Source of the DNA: a virus | Lineage: Duplodnaviria; Caudoviricetes | Direction: 5' to 3' (one strand) | IMG/VR virus record: IMGVR_UViG_3300037962_000599 | Span: 1-44,250 of that record | DNA: 44,250 nucleotides | In this document: piece by piece, positions 1 through 8,514 of the stretch | How positions within the stretch are numbered: the stretch's first letter is position 1 | Layout: each line of letters starts with the position of its first letter | Translations under genes and position numbers: made by a program | The notes under the pieces: model-generated | The model's database searches: none | What the model was told of the DNA's origin: nothing | What the model saw: the letters and a program-made list of their open reading frames with translations, nothing else

Positions 1-1
1 T

Positions 2-118
2 GCTGCTAAACTCAGTGAGCGAGGTAAGGGCAGCATCGAGCTAACCCATCAGCTCTATTGCGGAGATTCGCTCTGCCTAGAAGCCACAGGCCGCTACGCC
101 GTGCTGCCAAACACCTAG
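2..118 (+). CDS. 3' end of host gene, possibly a YiiD C-terminal/thioesterase-like protein (partial)
   Basis: Open frame AAKLSERGKGSIELTHQLYCGDSLCLEATGRYAVLPNT ending in TAG at 116-118; resemblance judged by eye only. Confidence 0.4.
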   Translation, partial: AAKLSERGKGSIELTHQLYCGDSLCLEATGRYAVLPNT

Positions 119-131
119 GCAGGAAAAAGGC

Positions 132-160
132 TTGCTATTTCACGGCTTAGACCATAGAAT
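132..160 (+). promoter_or_regulatory. sigma70 promoter of tRNA-Ser
   Basis: TTGCTA (132-137), 17-bp spacer, TAGAAT (155-160), then a GC-rich discriminator (atgcgccg) typical of stable-RNA promoters. Confidence 0.7.
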
Positions 161-210
161 ATGCGCCGTTCTGTTGAGAAAGGCAGCGCCTGACGGCAGA
201 GCTGAAATGT

Positions 211-298
211 GGAGAGGTGTCCGAGTGGTCGAAGGAGCACGCCTGGAAAGTGTGTAAGTCGAAAGGCTTCGAGGGTTCGAATCCCTCCCTCTCCGCCA
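211..298 (+). tRNA. tRNA-Ser(GGA)
   Basis: GGAGAGG/CCTCTCC acceptor stem, anticodon arm CACGC-CTGGAAA-GTGTG, long variable arm, GGTTCGAATCCC T-arm, encoded 3' CCA. Confidence 0.97.
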
Positions 299-304
299 CA
301 GAAT
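275..304 (+). repeat. attL core, 30-bp direct repeat
   Basis: GTTCGAATCCCTCCCTCTCCGCCACAGAAT, identical to 34088-34117. Confidence 0.95.
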
Positions 305-308
305 TTTG

Positions 309-342
309 AAGGCCGTCAAGCACTTAGCTCGACGGCCTTTTT
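309..342 (+). terminator. Rho-independent terminator after the tRNA (phage-supplied)
   Basis: AAGGCCGTC...GACGGCCTT stem followed by a T run. Confidence 0.75.
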
Positions 343-357
343 CGTTTATGGCTTCTA

Positions 358-374
358 GGGACTAGGCTGGGACT
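358..374 (+). promoter_or_regulatory. putative integrase arm-type binding sites (left)
   Basis: GGGACTAGGCTGGGACT (tandem GGGACT at 11-bp period), 15/17 identical to 33998-34014 near attR. Confidence 0.6.
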
Positions 375-377
375 GGT

Positions 378-1553
378 CTACGTTTCACGCTTCATTTCTA
401 GCGCGGTTTCCACCAGCGAGTTGATATCTGGCCCATCCTCAGCGATCCAGCGGCCGTAGTGCTTATAGATCATTGCTGGCGAGGTGTGCCCCATCTGCTC
501 AGCCACCCACTGTATGGGGGCGACCCCTGTGCTTAGCAGTTGACTGGCATAAGTATGCCGGCACTGATTTGGCCCACGATACCGAACGCCAGCCTTCTCC
601 AGGTGGTGTCGAAAGAAGCGATCGCGAATACCTGTGTCGCCGTAATGTGGCCTGCCCGTGTTTGAGTTCAGAAAGACGAAGCGCAGATCGGCCTTACGCA
701 GGGTGGTGTTGTCTCGGTCGATTATTTCTATCGGCTGCGGTGGCAGATGGCCAGTCAATGCCCACTGACGCTGCAGCGCCTCGCGAGCTGGTGCAAGCAG
801 CCGCTTTTCACGCGTAGAGCGCCTGGTCTTTGTGACGCGGTAAGCCTTGCGGAACTGTCGGCGCCGATAGCGAATAATGCCGCGCTCCAGGTCAACGACA
901 TCTTCCCACGCCAGCGCCATTGCTTCGGATAGGCGAGGGCCATCCCATATCATGAACTCGATCATGTTGAGTTCCTGCACACGCTTCGTTGGCGTAGTGA
1001 GAATGCGCTTGATCTCATTGCGGTTGAAAGGATCGGGGTCTTCTGGATCTGGCAGCCGCACCTGAATGCCTTGCGTTGGGTCATAGGCCTGGCGGTGCTG
1101 AGAGCAGTACAGCCGATAAATCTGACGCAGAATAGTCACGATCTCCTTGATCGTTTTGCTGGCCAGCGTTTTAGGTAGCTCGCTTTTCACCCAGGTCTGG
1201 AGCTCGATGGGGCTGACCTGATCGGCCTGCACTTTACCCCAGCGCGGCTTGATATGGCTTTTCACTTTGCTTCGATAGCTCCGGAGCGTCGTGTCGGCAA
1301 CATCGTTCTCGATGATGCCTAGCCACAAGTCCGCATAGTGACCTACTGTATTGATCGACAGCCGCCTAGAACCCGGGAAAAGTCGAGCGTAGTCGAACGT
1401 ACCCGTCCTCATCTCGTGATCGATCGATGCCGCCAGGCGCTCAGCGTGTGCGATGTTATCGTCGGTGGCCGAGCCGACCGGCTCCCGGCATTTTTCACCC
1501 TTGAACTGGAAGTAAACACGAACTTTGCCGCCGCGCACTTCTACACCTGCCAT
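378..1553 (-). CDS. int: tyrosine integrase with N-terminal arm-binding (DUF3596-like) domain
   Basis: GPRLSEAMALAW, RHTYASQLL and QMGH...IYKHYGRW motifs; ATG at 1553 has RBS AAGGGG (ORF track starts at 1574); adjacent to attL. Confidence 0.93.
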   Translation of the reverse strand: MAGVEVRGGKVRVYFQFKGEKCREPVGSATDDNIAHAERLAASIDHEMRTGTFDYARLFPGSRRLSINTVGHYADLWLGIIENDVADTTLRSYRSKVKSHIKPRWGKVQADQVSPIELQTWVKSELPKTLASKTIKEIVTILRQIYRLYCSQHRQAYDPTQGIQVRLPDPEDPDPFNRNEIKRILTTPTKRVQELNMIEFMIWDGPRLSEAMALAWEDVVDLERGIIRYRRRQFRKAYRVTKTRRSTREKRLLAPAREALQRQWALTGHLPPQPIEIIDRDNTTLRKADLRFVFLNSNTGRPHYGDTGIRDRFFRHHLEKAGVRYRGPNQCRHTYASQLLSTGVAPIQWVAEQMGHTSPAMIYKHYGRWIAEDGPDINSLVETALEMKRET

Positions 1554-1660
1554 GATAATTCCCCTTAGCTGCATTTCTGCAAAGCCTAAGCGAGGCTTTA
1601 AAAAATTGGCAGGGGAGGATGCACGGTGGTTTTCTTATACCGTTAGTTTGCTATAGGCGG

Positions 1661-1680
1661 AAACCTCCCCGAAGGGAGGC
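1661..1680 (-). terminator. possible terminator between the early operon and int
   Basis: Minus strand CCTCCC-TTCG-GGGAGG-TTT; short T tail. Confidence 0.45.
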
Positions 1681-1685
1681 TATCG

Positions 1686-1982
1686 CTAAGTGGTGGGTTG
1701 CTGCCGATTCTTCCAGCGGCCAACGCGCTGGCGGATAGCGCGGAAGGTGGCCAGCGCCTGCGGGTTGTGGTCTAGCTCGGCGCGGCTTTTGATATTGCAC
1801 GCCGCGCAAAGCCAGTCGCGGGCATCGTCGGCGTTATGGGTACCGTCGGGCAGCTGGGCTTCTGACAACCCTTGCTTATGCCGCCGGCGCCGATCCAAAT
1901 AGAGATGAAAAGCCTTGTCCTGGCATAGCATGGCCGCTGCCCTCGCCCAGCGCCCGCCTTTGGGTGCTTTGCTCGTACTCAC
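1686..1982 (-). CDS. phage hypothetical protein
   Basis: 98 aa, coupled to the upstream ORF; LC...F..YL and C.I.SRAELD pattern seen in small phage proteins. Confidence 0.7.
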   Translation of the reverse strand: MSTSKAPKGGRWARAAAMLCQDKAFHLYLDRRRRHKQGLSEAQLPDGTHNADDARDWLCAACNIKSRAELDHNPQALATFRAIRQRVGRWKNRQQPTT

Positions 1983-2413
1983 CGAACACCTCCGGCTTGG
2001 CGACGTAGCTCAAGCGCTTGGCTATTAAGCTCATTAGCTGCGCAGTTCAATCCTAGCTCAATGTGGCAACCGTCGATTGACTCAAGGTGCTGCGCCGCGT
2101 TTTCCAGCGCCTCCGCATAGTGCTGCGCTCTTAACCTGGCAAGGCTGGCAGAAGGGGTGGCATTAACAGCGCTCCTAACTCCCTTGATCCAATCGGCCGC
2201 GGAAAAACCTTCTTGCGGATAGCTCTTTGCTTCCGCCTTTTTTATACGATCAACATGCGCGGCTAGGGCTTCGTGCTCTTCTTGTAGCTTCTCTCTTAGC
2301 GCTATTTGCACCTCTTCGGCGGCGCGGTACTGCTCGCACTCTTTGGTCAGCAGCTCGATTTGCCTTGCGGCCTCTTCAGGGTTCTCGCGAACCCAGTTCG
2401 GATCAATGGCCAT
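1979..2413 (-). CDS. phage hypothetical protein (coiled-coil)
   Basis: 144 aa with RBS AGGGGG, in the early operon. Confidence 0.65.
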   Translation of the reverse strand: MAIDPNWVRENPEEAARQIELLTKECEQYRAAEEVQIALREKLQEEHEALAAHVDRIKKAEAKSYPQEGFSAADWIKGVRSAVNATPSASLARLRAQHYAEALENAAQHLESIDGCHIELGLNCAANELNSQALELRRQAGGVR

Positions 2414-2421
2414 GTTTCCCC

Positions 2422-2610
2422 CTAAAACTCTATCTGGTGGACGATGCCTCTCGCCTCAGGCTTTACGACGTAATGAACTTCGATGATTTCGACGCGCGGC
2501 TGGAAATGGCTAGCGGTGCTAATGCCAAGCTGTATAGCAGCGCCTAGGCCAAAACCTGCAGCCAGGAGCTTGACGGCAAAGCGGTGCGGGGCGGGTATTG
2601 GGTTACGCAT
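2422..2610 (-). CDS. small hypothetical protein, possible single hydrophobic helix
   Basis: 62 aa, overlaps the stop of the upstream gene and fills the operon gap. Confidence 0.5.
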   Translation of the reverse strand: MRNPIPAPHRFAVKLLAAGFGLGAAIQLGISTASHFQPRVEIIEVHYVVKPEARGIVHQIEF

Positions 2611-2905
2611 TGCTGGACTCCTCCTCGCCTTCCGGCACCGCGCGCTTTCCGCAGAAGGGGCAGTATTGCGCCCGTATGGTGGTATCGATTTTCTGCCGCT
2701 TCATGCCGTCACCACCCTTTTTTGGCACCATGACTTGGCCCTTGTAAGGCACCTGATAGATGCTGATCATTGTCATGGTTTCGGTCTCCATACCGAACCC
2801 ATAACCCTGCAGGCTGGCATCAAAATCCTCATAACCTTCCGGCAAGCTTTTGGCGACGTGTTCTTTTAGCTTTGCTTCAAGCGTTTCTTTGCATTTGCAC
2901 TGCAT
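2603..2905 (-). CDS. hypothetical protein with putative Zn ligands (CxC...CPFC)
   Basis: 100 aa, strong RBS AAAGGAGAG. Confidence 0.7.
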   Translation of the reverse strand: MQCKCKETLEAKLKEHVAKSLPEGYEDFDASLQGYGFGMETETMTMISIYQVPYKGQVMVPKKGGDGMKRQKIDTTIRAQYCPFCGKRAVPEGEEESSNA

Positions 2906-2922
2906 GGTTCTCTCCTTTGTTT

Positions 2923-3141
2923 TTAGCGCCGCTGAGCGGCGCGCTTCTCACGAATGCCCTGGCACTCGATGCAGGTGGTGGCCCAGGGCGCAGCCGCTCG
3001 GCGCGCCTGGGGGATCTCGTGGCCGCAGTCATCACAAGCGGTGACAGCCATATCGATGCCCATCCAGCGGGGGCGCTTGGCCAGCGCCCCCTCCAGCCGG
3101 TTTTGCATCATTTCGTTGGCAATATCGGCGTTGTCAGCCAT
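2923..3141 (-). CDS. TraR/DksA C4-type zinc finger protein
   Basis: MADNAD N-terminus; CDDCGHEIPQARR...CIECQ. Confidence 0.9.
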   Translation of the reverse strand: MADNADIANEMMQNRLEGALAKRPRWMGIDMAVTACDDCGHEIPQARRAAAPWATTCIECQGIREKRAAQRR

Positions 3142-3143
3142 GG

Positions 3144-3539
3144 TCAGGGCTCCGCTTTTTCAATGGTGGCAAAGTCCTGCATCAGCTGGTTTCCACCTGG
3201 CGTGTAGTCGTGGGGCTCATTAAAGGAGTAGATGCTCCACTCGAGCACGGTGAGCGCGGCCTGTTGCAGCTCGCGATCGATGACGCGCAAGCGGGTCGGG
3301 TCCAGCGGCCAGGTGGCACCGTTGTAAACGGAAAGCAGGATGCGCCGGCAGTGTTGGCTCTGCCCGGTGTCGCCCTTGCCAACACAGGCCAGCCGAACCC
3401 AGGCGTCTGGGCCTTTGCGCTCGAGATCGTCGGCCTTGCGCTCGACTTCCTCCTCGGCATCGAGCATGTCGTTAAGGGCTTGGCGGTTGCGCTCGCTCAG
3501 GCGAGCAGAGAGGTTGGGCATGCTTGATTCGTGGGTCAT
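3144..3539 (-). CDS. phage hypothetical protein
   Basis: 131 aa with DTGQS...LLSVYNG...PLD...LR..D pattern common in P2-like early regions. Confidence 0.7.
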   Translation of the reverse strand: MTHESSMPNLSARLSERNRQALNDMLDAEEEVERKADDLERKGPDAWVRLACVGKGDTGQSQHCRRILLSVYNGATWPLDPTRLRVIDRELQQAALTVLEWSIYSFNEPHDYTPGGNQLMQDFATIEKAEP

Positions 3540-3862
3540 GACTGACTCCTTGCATGTTGCGGGTTATGGGGCTCGCGGTGATGTGGTAGGCGAGCAAGGG
3601 GTATGCCGAGCTTGGTCGCGATGTGGTCAAGCCCAGCGTCGGTGAACTCGGTGCGGCCGTAGTGTGTCCAGCCGCAAACGGGGTGCCAGTAAGTGCCGGT
3701 GGCCACCACCACAAGCCGGGTTTTGCCCCGGTAGCCACCGGCCGGCAGGTTGTCCTGGCCAAGCACTGCCGCGTCACGCAGCTGCCGGGCTAGCGTGTTA
3801 CGCCCGGTGTTCAACAGGGCAGCAGCTTGATCCAAGGTGTAGGTGCGGTAGCGTTGTTGCAT
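3536..3862 (-). CDS. antirepressor KilAC/ANT-like DNA-binding protein
   Basis: TLDQAAALLNTGRNTLARQLRD...T.FT..GL..IA pattern; RBS AGGAG. Confidence 0.7.
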   Translation of the reverse strand: MQQRYRTYTLDQAAALLNTGRNTLARQLRDAAVLGQDNLPAGGYRGKTRLVVVATGTYWHPVCGWTHYGRTEFTDAGLDHIATKLGIPLARLPHHREPHNPQHARSQS

Positions 3863-3878
3863 GGCAGTGGCTCCTGGC

Positions 3879-6560
3879 TTAACGCTGGAAGATCCAGCAC
3901 TTCACGCTGGCACCGTTTAAGCGAACTTGGCTTCGCACGGTGCGGTTAGCATCAATAAAGCGGCGGGTTTTGCTGCTTTTCAGGTAGCGCTTTAGCTCGC
4001 GCATATCCGGCACGCGCAGCTTGTATTCGCCGCAGGTGCGCTCGAAGTCTTTAAGGTTGATGGCAATGTTGTCGCCCTGGCCGCCGTAGTGATCCAACGT
4101 CGGCTCAGGCCGCAGGCCTTCGATGTAATCGAACGCCTCCCAGAACTCCGCCACCATGGGATGGTCGGCGTTGATCGACTGCTGACGCTCACGGGCCATC
4201 TGTTTGATGTGGCCCATGGCCATGGTGATGGTCTGGTCATCGAACAGGTTGAGCGCCTGCGGGCCTAAGCACTCCACCAGAGCCATCAGTTGGCCGTGAC
4301 ACTTGGCAATACGTAGCGCCTTAATTTCCGGGTCTTGGCCCAACTGGTTGGCGTACTCACGGCCGCTGGTCGTGATGTGCTCAAGCAGCGCGGCTTCCTG
4401 GCGAGCCACGGTCAGCGCGAACTGGCTGACATGCTCCAGATCGGTTTTTTCTAAGCCCTCGGCCAGCTCTTTGGTCTTCTGGGTCTGGCCTTCACGGCTG
4501 AAATGCAGGTGGCAGATACGTGTCTGGATCGCCTCGCCTGCCTGAACAGGGGCGTTCTGGCTGATCACGATGCTGCCGCGAAAGGGTGGTTCGTAAGTGT
4601 CGTTGCCTGAGTTCTTCACGCCACGGGCGCGGATCGAGCGGCCGTTAAAGGCGGTTTTGAGTTCGTCCCAATCGAACTGCTTTTGTTTGGCGCCGCCTTC
4701 CTGCTCGCGGTCAGACTCAATCAGCACCACCGGCAGGTTGCTCACCTGGGCAAAGTTACGCGCCCGGGCGGGCATGGTGGCTTTGGAAGGGTCAAAGCCT
4801 TCGTAATCACGGCGGCCCACCAGCTTCCACATGAACTCAATCAACGTGGATTTACCCGCACCGGCATCACCCACAATCTCCAAAAACGGGAAGCTGCCCA
4901 TCTCCGCGCGGATCTGCTCAGCCAGCAAGCTGCCCAGCCAGTACGCCAGTGCCACCACGCCACGCAGGCCAAACGCCCCGTACAACTGGTGGGTCCACTC
5001 GGTGCTGAACGCCTTGTGGTCAGGGTTGATATGCAGCGTTACCGACTGGCTCAGGGTTTTCAGGTGGCGACGCGGACCGATCTCGAAATAGTCCTCGCTG
5101 TTAATGGCGTGAACCTTGCCACCAGCCACGGCCAGGTCGCCGAACACGTAAGCCCCGTGCTCTTTGCTGTAGCCGATGAAATCGATGGTCTCGACGGTTT
5201 TGATATTGCCGATCTGGTCTTGTAGCAGCTGGTCGAGCTGCTGGCTGGTACCTATCCATACCGCACCAGGGGCCACGCCCAGCAGGCGCTTTTTGTACTC
5301 GCTGGCACTGGCTAGCTGCCCACCGCTAAACGTGTTTTTGACCGGCGCGCGGCCATCGGGGAACTCCACGCGGTAGTAATACCAGCTCTCATCGGTGACC
5401 GCGTTGGACTGGTAATACAGCGCCGTGGGGTAGCAGGTGCAGATCTTTTTCACGCTGCCCGCTTGCTCCAGTGCCGCATCGCGAATAGCGGGGTTCAGGC
5501 TCTGCTGGTCGGCGCCGTCTTCGCCTTCGGCGCGCACTGCGCGGTCGAACGCATCCAGGTCGAGCTTGAACCACCACAGCTGAGCGCGGTATTCAAACCA
5601 GAACTCGCGCCGCTCGGTGCGCTTGTACATGATCAGCGCCTTAGCCATGGGGCTTTCGGCCAACAGCAACGCGCCATGGTAGCGGTAGGCGCTAAGATGC
5701 TTCTCGGAAAGCTCACCGCGCTGGTGAGCGTCGTTCCAATCCCGCTGGCCACTGCCTGGCAACTGCGCTGCCCGGCATTCCCAGCCAGCGGCACGGGCAC
5801 GCTCAACGTGCTTGAGCGTGGCCTTTTGCCCGGCGCGGTTGCTATCTAGCGCCCACACCAGCGTGGGGCGGCTAGTGCCTGCCTGGTGCGCGGCATCGGA
5901 AAGGCCGTTTAGGGCGTCTTCTGGGTAGTTCGCGCAGCTCATGGCCGAGACGGCAGCGATGCCGTGGTGGTAAAGCGCGATGGCATCGAAAATGCCCTCG
6001 ACGATCCACACCTCTTCGGCATCCACCAGATCGGCAGGGGTGAGTACCGGCGGGCACCACCACTGGCCTTTATAGCGGCCAACAAAGTTCGCCTTCTGTT
6101 TGCCAAAGCGCTCCGGGTTATCGAGCAGGCGCTCCCAGTACGCGCCGCCTGGCAGGGTAAAGCGCACGGTCGCGGTGCCGCCGATCTGCGGCTTCCAGAA
6201 GCTTTCCTGCGTGTACCAACCGCGCACCTTCTCCAGCTCAAAGCCGCGACCATCGCGCAGGTAGCCATCCGCCACCGGGGTTGCACTGGTGGTTTTTTCA
6301 TGTGCCGGCATATCAGCACGCGGCGCGTAACGCTCACTCCACGATTGAAAGAACTCGGGGAATAGCTCTTTGACGTGAACCTGGACGCCGCAGTTGTTTT
6401 CTCGACCGCATTTAAGCATCCACGGCGCGTCCGCCTTTATGTAGGCCTCGCGCTTGCCGCACTCGGGGCAGCGCACCTTCTGCAGGTAAGCCCCGTTCTC
6501 CTTAGCCTCGAAGTCGCGGAACAGGCGCGCGAGAATGTCCTGGCGTAGCGATGTATTCAC
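3879..6560 (-). CDS. Zn-finger/Toprim primase-helicase replication protein (P4 alpha-like architecture)
   Basis: CPECGK...CGRENNC Zn finger, Toprim VEGIFDAIAL and ALDSN, Walker A GDAGAGKST; GTG start at 6560 with RBS AAGGAGG. Confidence 0.88.
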   Translation of the reverse strand: MNTSLRQDILARLFRDFEAKENGAYLQKVRCPECGKREAYIKADAPWMLKCGRENNCGVQVHVKELFPEFFQSWSERYAPRADMPAHEKTTSATPVADGYLRDGRGFELEKVRGWYTQESFWKPQIGGTATVRFTLPGGAYWERLLDNPERFGKQKANFVGRYKGQWWCPPVLTPADLVDAEEVWIVEGIFDAIALYHHGIAAVSAMSCANYPEDALNGLSDAAHQAGTSRPTLVWALDSNRAGQKATLKHVERARAAGWECRAAQLPGSGQRDWNDAHQRGELSEKHLSAYRYHGALLLAESPMAKALIMYKRTERREFWFEYRAQLWWFKLDLDAFDRAVRAEGEDGADQQSLNPAIRDAALEQAGSVKKICTCYPTALYYQSNAVTDESWYYYRVEFPDGRAPVKNTFSGGQLASASEYKKRLLGVAPGAVWIGTSQQLDQLLQDQIGNIKTVETIDFIGYSKEHGAYVFGDLAVAGGKVHAINSEDYFEIGPRRHLKTLSQSVTLHINPDHKAFSTEWTHQLYGAFGLRGVVALAYWLGSLLAEQIRAEMGSFPFLEIVGDAGAGKSTLIEFMWKLVGRRDYEGFDPSKATMPARARNFAQVSNLPVVLIESDREQEGGAKQKQFDWDELKTAFNGRSIRARGVKNSGNDTYEPPFRGSIVISQNAPVQAGEAIQTRICHLHFSREGQTQKTKELAEGLEKTDLEHVSQFALTVARQEAALLEHITTSGREYANQLGQDPEIKALRIAKCHGQLMALVECLGPQALNLFDDQTITMAMGHIKQMARERQQSINADHPMVAEFWEAFDYIEGLRPEPTLDHYGGQGDNIAINLKDFERTCGEYKLRVPDMRELKRYLKSSKTRRFIDANRTVRSQVRLNGASVKCWIFQR

Positions 6561-6612
6561 GCTCGCCCTCCTTATTGCTGAGTGAAATACGCGGTCGGGT
6601 AATGCGGTGTGC

Positions 6613-6993
6613 TCAACTCTCCAGCAACAGCAACTGCCCGGTAACGCTGTTGCCGCATTGCAAGTCCTGGCCATCTAGCAAGCGGCGCAGATCGCGCACG
6701 GTCAGCACGATGCGCTGCCCCGCACGGTTGGTGATAACGACGGCGTGGCTGGTGGTCGCCGAAACATCGATGGTGCCGTGAGCATTGACCGACTCAATCT
6801 CTGCCAGCGCCTGGAAAGCAGCGTTTTCAGCCCCTTGCTGCGGCATGCTGTGCACGTCGCAGAGGTAATCGATGCAGTCGTCCAGCGCCTCATGGCGCGG
6901 CCAACCACGGTGTTTCCACAGCTGAGCGATGGCGACGTTCTCGGTATCCAGCGGGCAAAACGTGTTGTGGCGAATAGGCGTGATGGTTCCCAT
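6613..6993 (-). CDS. phage hypothetical protein
   Basis: 126 aa with RBS AGGAG, between ogr and the primase-helicase. Confidence 0.7.
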   Translation of the reverse strand: MGTITPIRHNTFCPLDTENVAIAQLWKHRGWPRHEALDDCIDYLCDVHSMPQQGAENAAFQALAEIESVNAHGTIDVSATTSHAVVITNRAGQRIVLTVRDLRRLLDGQDLQCGNSVTGQLLLLES

Positions 6994-7007
6994 GACAAGC
7001 TCCTGCG

Positions 7008-7253
7008 TTATTGGTAGTTGGCGGTGAGCTGCTCGAGCAGATCGCGGCGGCTTTTCGGCTCAAGCGGGATGCTGACCGCTGGGTCTGGATTGCGGCTGGG
7101 CGTGGTGGTGGTGGCGAAATCGACATAAAGCTTGCCGGACCAGCCGCACTCCGGGTCGGTGCACTGGGCGTACACTTCGTAGAACACCGGTACCGGGCGC
7201 TTGCTGGTACGGGTAATCGCGCCCTGCTTGCAGTGGGGGCAATAGATTTTCAT
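7008..7253 (-). CDS. ogr: Ogr/Delta-like zinc finger late transcriptional activator
   Basis: MKIYCPHCK...RTS...YAQCTDPECG...TPS..PDP.V.IPL; ATG at 7253 overlaps the upstream stop (ATGA). Confidence 0.88.
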   Translation of the reverse strand: MKIYCPHCKQGAITRTSKRPVPVFYEVYAQCTDPECGWSGKLYVDFATTTTPSRNPDPAVSIPLEPKSRRDLLEQLTANYQ

Positions 7254-7438
7254 CGACCTTCTCCTTTTACGTCGTATAGCGCCCGGCCACGGCCTGTTAG
7301 GCCTTGGGTACCGCGTCGAATGCGGCGGCGTAGCAACCATTCGGCTGCTTGTTCGCGGGTTTCTAGGCCTTGCTGTTCGCAAACGGCATCCAGCACGGCC
7401 TTCGCTTGCTCATCCAGCTCCAGGGGCTGATCCGGCAT
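7250..7438 (-). CDS. small hypothetical, possibly ribbon-helix-helix DNA-binding protein
   Basis: 62 aa, RBS GAGG, coupled to ogr. Confidence 0.6.
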   Translation of the reverse strand: MPDQPLELDEQAKAVLDAVCEQQGLETREQAAEWLLRRRIRRGTQGLTGRGRALYDVKGEGR

Positions 7439-7476
7439 GTAGGCACCTCTTATGCACGGTGGAAGTGGGGCTGGGT

Positions 7477-7680
7477 TTACCCAGCGTGAGCATTGACACT
7501 GGTTTCCAGGGCAGCGGGATCAATGCCAAGCGCCTCGCGGGCCTCTTTCATCATCATCTGGCGCATCACCTCGGCTTTGGGCACGCCCAGGTAGTTGGCC
7601 AGCGCCGTGATGACATCCGCCTCGTACTGGTCGAGGTAGACGGTGGCTTTGGTGCGAATACGTTTAGGGTCTTGGTACAT
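7477..7680 (-). CDS. small hypothetical, probable ribbon-helix-helix regulator
   Basis: 67 aa, MYQDPKRIR...VYLDQYE...ALANYLG. Confidence 0.65.
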   Translation of the reverse strand: MYQDPKRIRTKATVYLDQYEADVITALANYLGVPKAEVMRQMMMKEAREALGIDPAALETSVNAHAG

Positions 7681-7745
7681 GGCGAATTTCCTTAAACCTT
7701 GAAGAGCGATTGGCTTCTGGAGCGATGAGAAAACCCCTGCTTGTG

Positions 7746-7970
7746 TCAGCTGGGCTTCTTCGGCGGGTAGTCGCCTGTGTTGTCGATCACGCCCTCCTTG
7801 ATGCCCAGCAGGACGGCGGCGCGATGCGCTTCACCGCGCAGGCCTTTTTTGCGCCCGGCGAGCAAGTCGCTGACGAGGTTGGGGTTTAGCCCGTGAGCGC
7901 GACTGAACTCGGCAATGCTGATGCCGCGTCGGTCGAGCTCCTTGCGGGCTTGGTCACGGGTGAGAGACAT
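7746..7970 (-). CDS. Cro/Ner-like HTH DNA-binding protein (lytic side of the switch)
   Basis: RRGISIAEFSRAHGL...V..LL.G.KK..RGEAH.AAVLLGIK; divergent from the repressor; ATG at 7970. Confidence 0.8.
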   Translation of the reverse strand: MSLTRDQARKELDRRGISIAEFSRAHGLNPNLVSDLLAGRKKGLRGEAHRAAVLLGIKEGVIDNTGDYPPKKPS

Positions 7971-8006
7971 TGTGATAACCTGTGTTAGTTCGTGTTGGTT
8001 GGGACA

Positions 8007-8058
8007 ATGATGGTTCATAAAAATGAACCTGTCAATAAGGATGGTTCATAAAAATGAA
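8007..8058. promoter_or_regulatory. lysis/lysogeny switch: two operators and a leftward early promoter
   Basis: 19-bp direct repeat GATGGTTCATAAAAATGAA at 8009-8027 and 8040-8058; palindrome GGTTCAT-AAAA-ATGAACC at 8012-8029; minus-strand TTGACA (8035-8030), 17 bp, CATCAT (8012-8007). Confidence 0.8.
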
Positions 8059-8482
8059 TATAGGTGATCGCCTGAAAGAAGAACGTGAGCGACTTGGCCT
8101 GAACCAAACGGCCTTAGCTCAGATCGGTGGTGTGGGAAAAACGACTCAAATTAAGTACGAGAAAGGCACCAGTAGCCCTGATTCTGCGTACCTTTCAGCA
8201 GTGTCTAAGGAAGGCGTTGATATCTTTTATGTTCTTCAGGGTCAGCGTTTCGCCCCACCTAGCGGTGTCGATGGTGGCGAAAACGCAACCATCGACGTGG
8301 CGCAGTTGGTGCGGATCGTGGAGCGGCTGGACGCCATCGCCACCGAGGCGGGCAAGCGCCTACCTGCGACGAAGCTGATCGAGATTGCCGCAGACGTTTA
8401 CAACTACCTCCAGCAGGAGGAGGAGGGCGCGCAGGACGATGAGAAGCTAAACCGGACGTTAAAGCTGGTGGTAAACCGTTAA
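8054..8482 (+). CDS. XRE-family HTH immunity repressor (no S24 peptidase domain)
   Basis: IGDRLKEERERLGLNQ...YEKG..SPD..YL...GVDI.YVL.G; 142 aa. Confidence 0.9.
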   Translation: MNIGDRLKEERERLGLNQTALAQIGGVGKTTQIKYEKGTSSPDSAYLSAVSKEGVDIFYVLQGQRFAPPSGVDGGENATIDVAQLVRIVERLDAIATEAGKRLPATKLIEIAADVYNYLQQEEEGAQDDEKLNRTLKLVVNR

Positions 8483-8514
8483 GTTAAAAAGAACCAAATC
8501 AGGGAGTAGGGAAC

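Noticed and set aside
6561-6674. N-terminal extension of the primase-helicase, and likewise 7254-7382 for Ogr
   Set aside because: Extensions overlap upstream genes; downstream starts have clear RBSs
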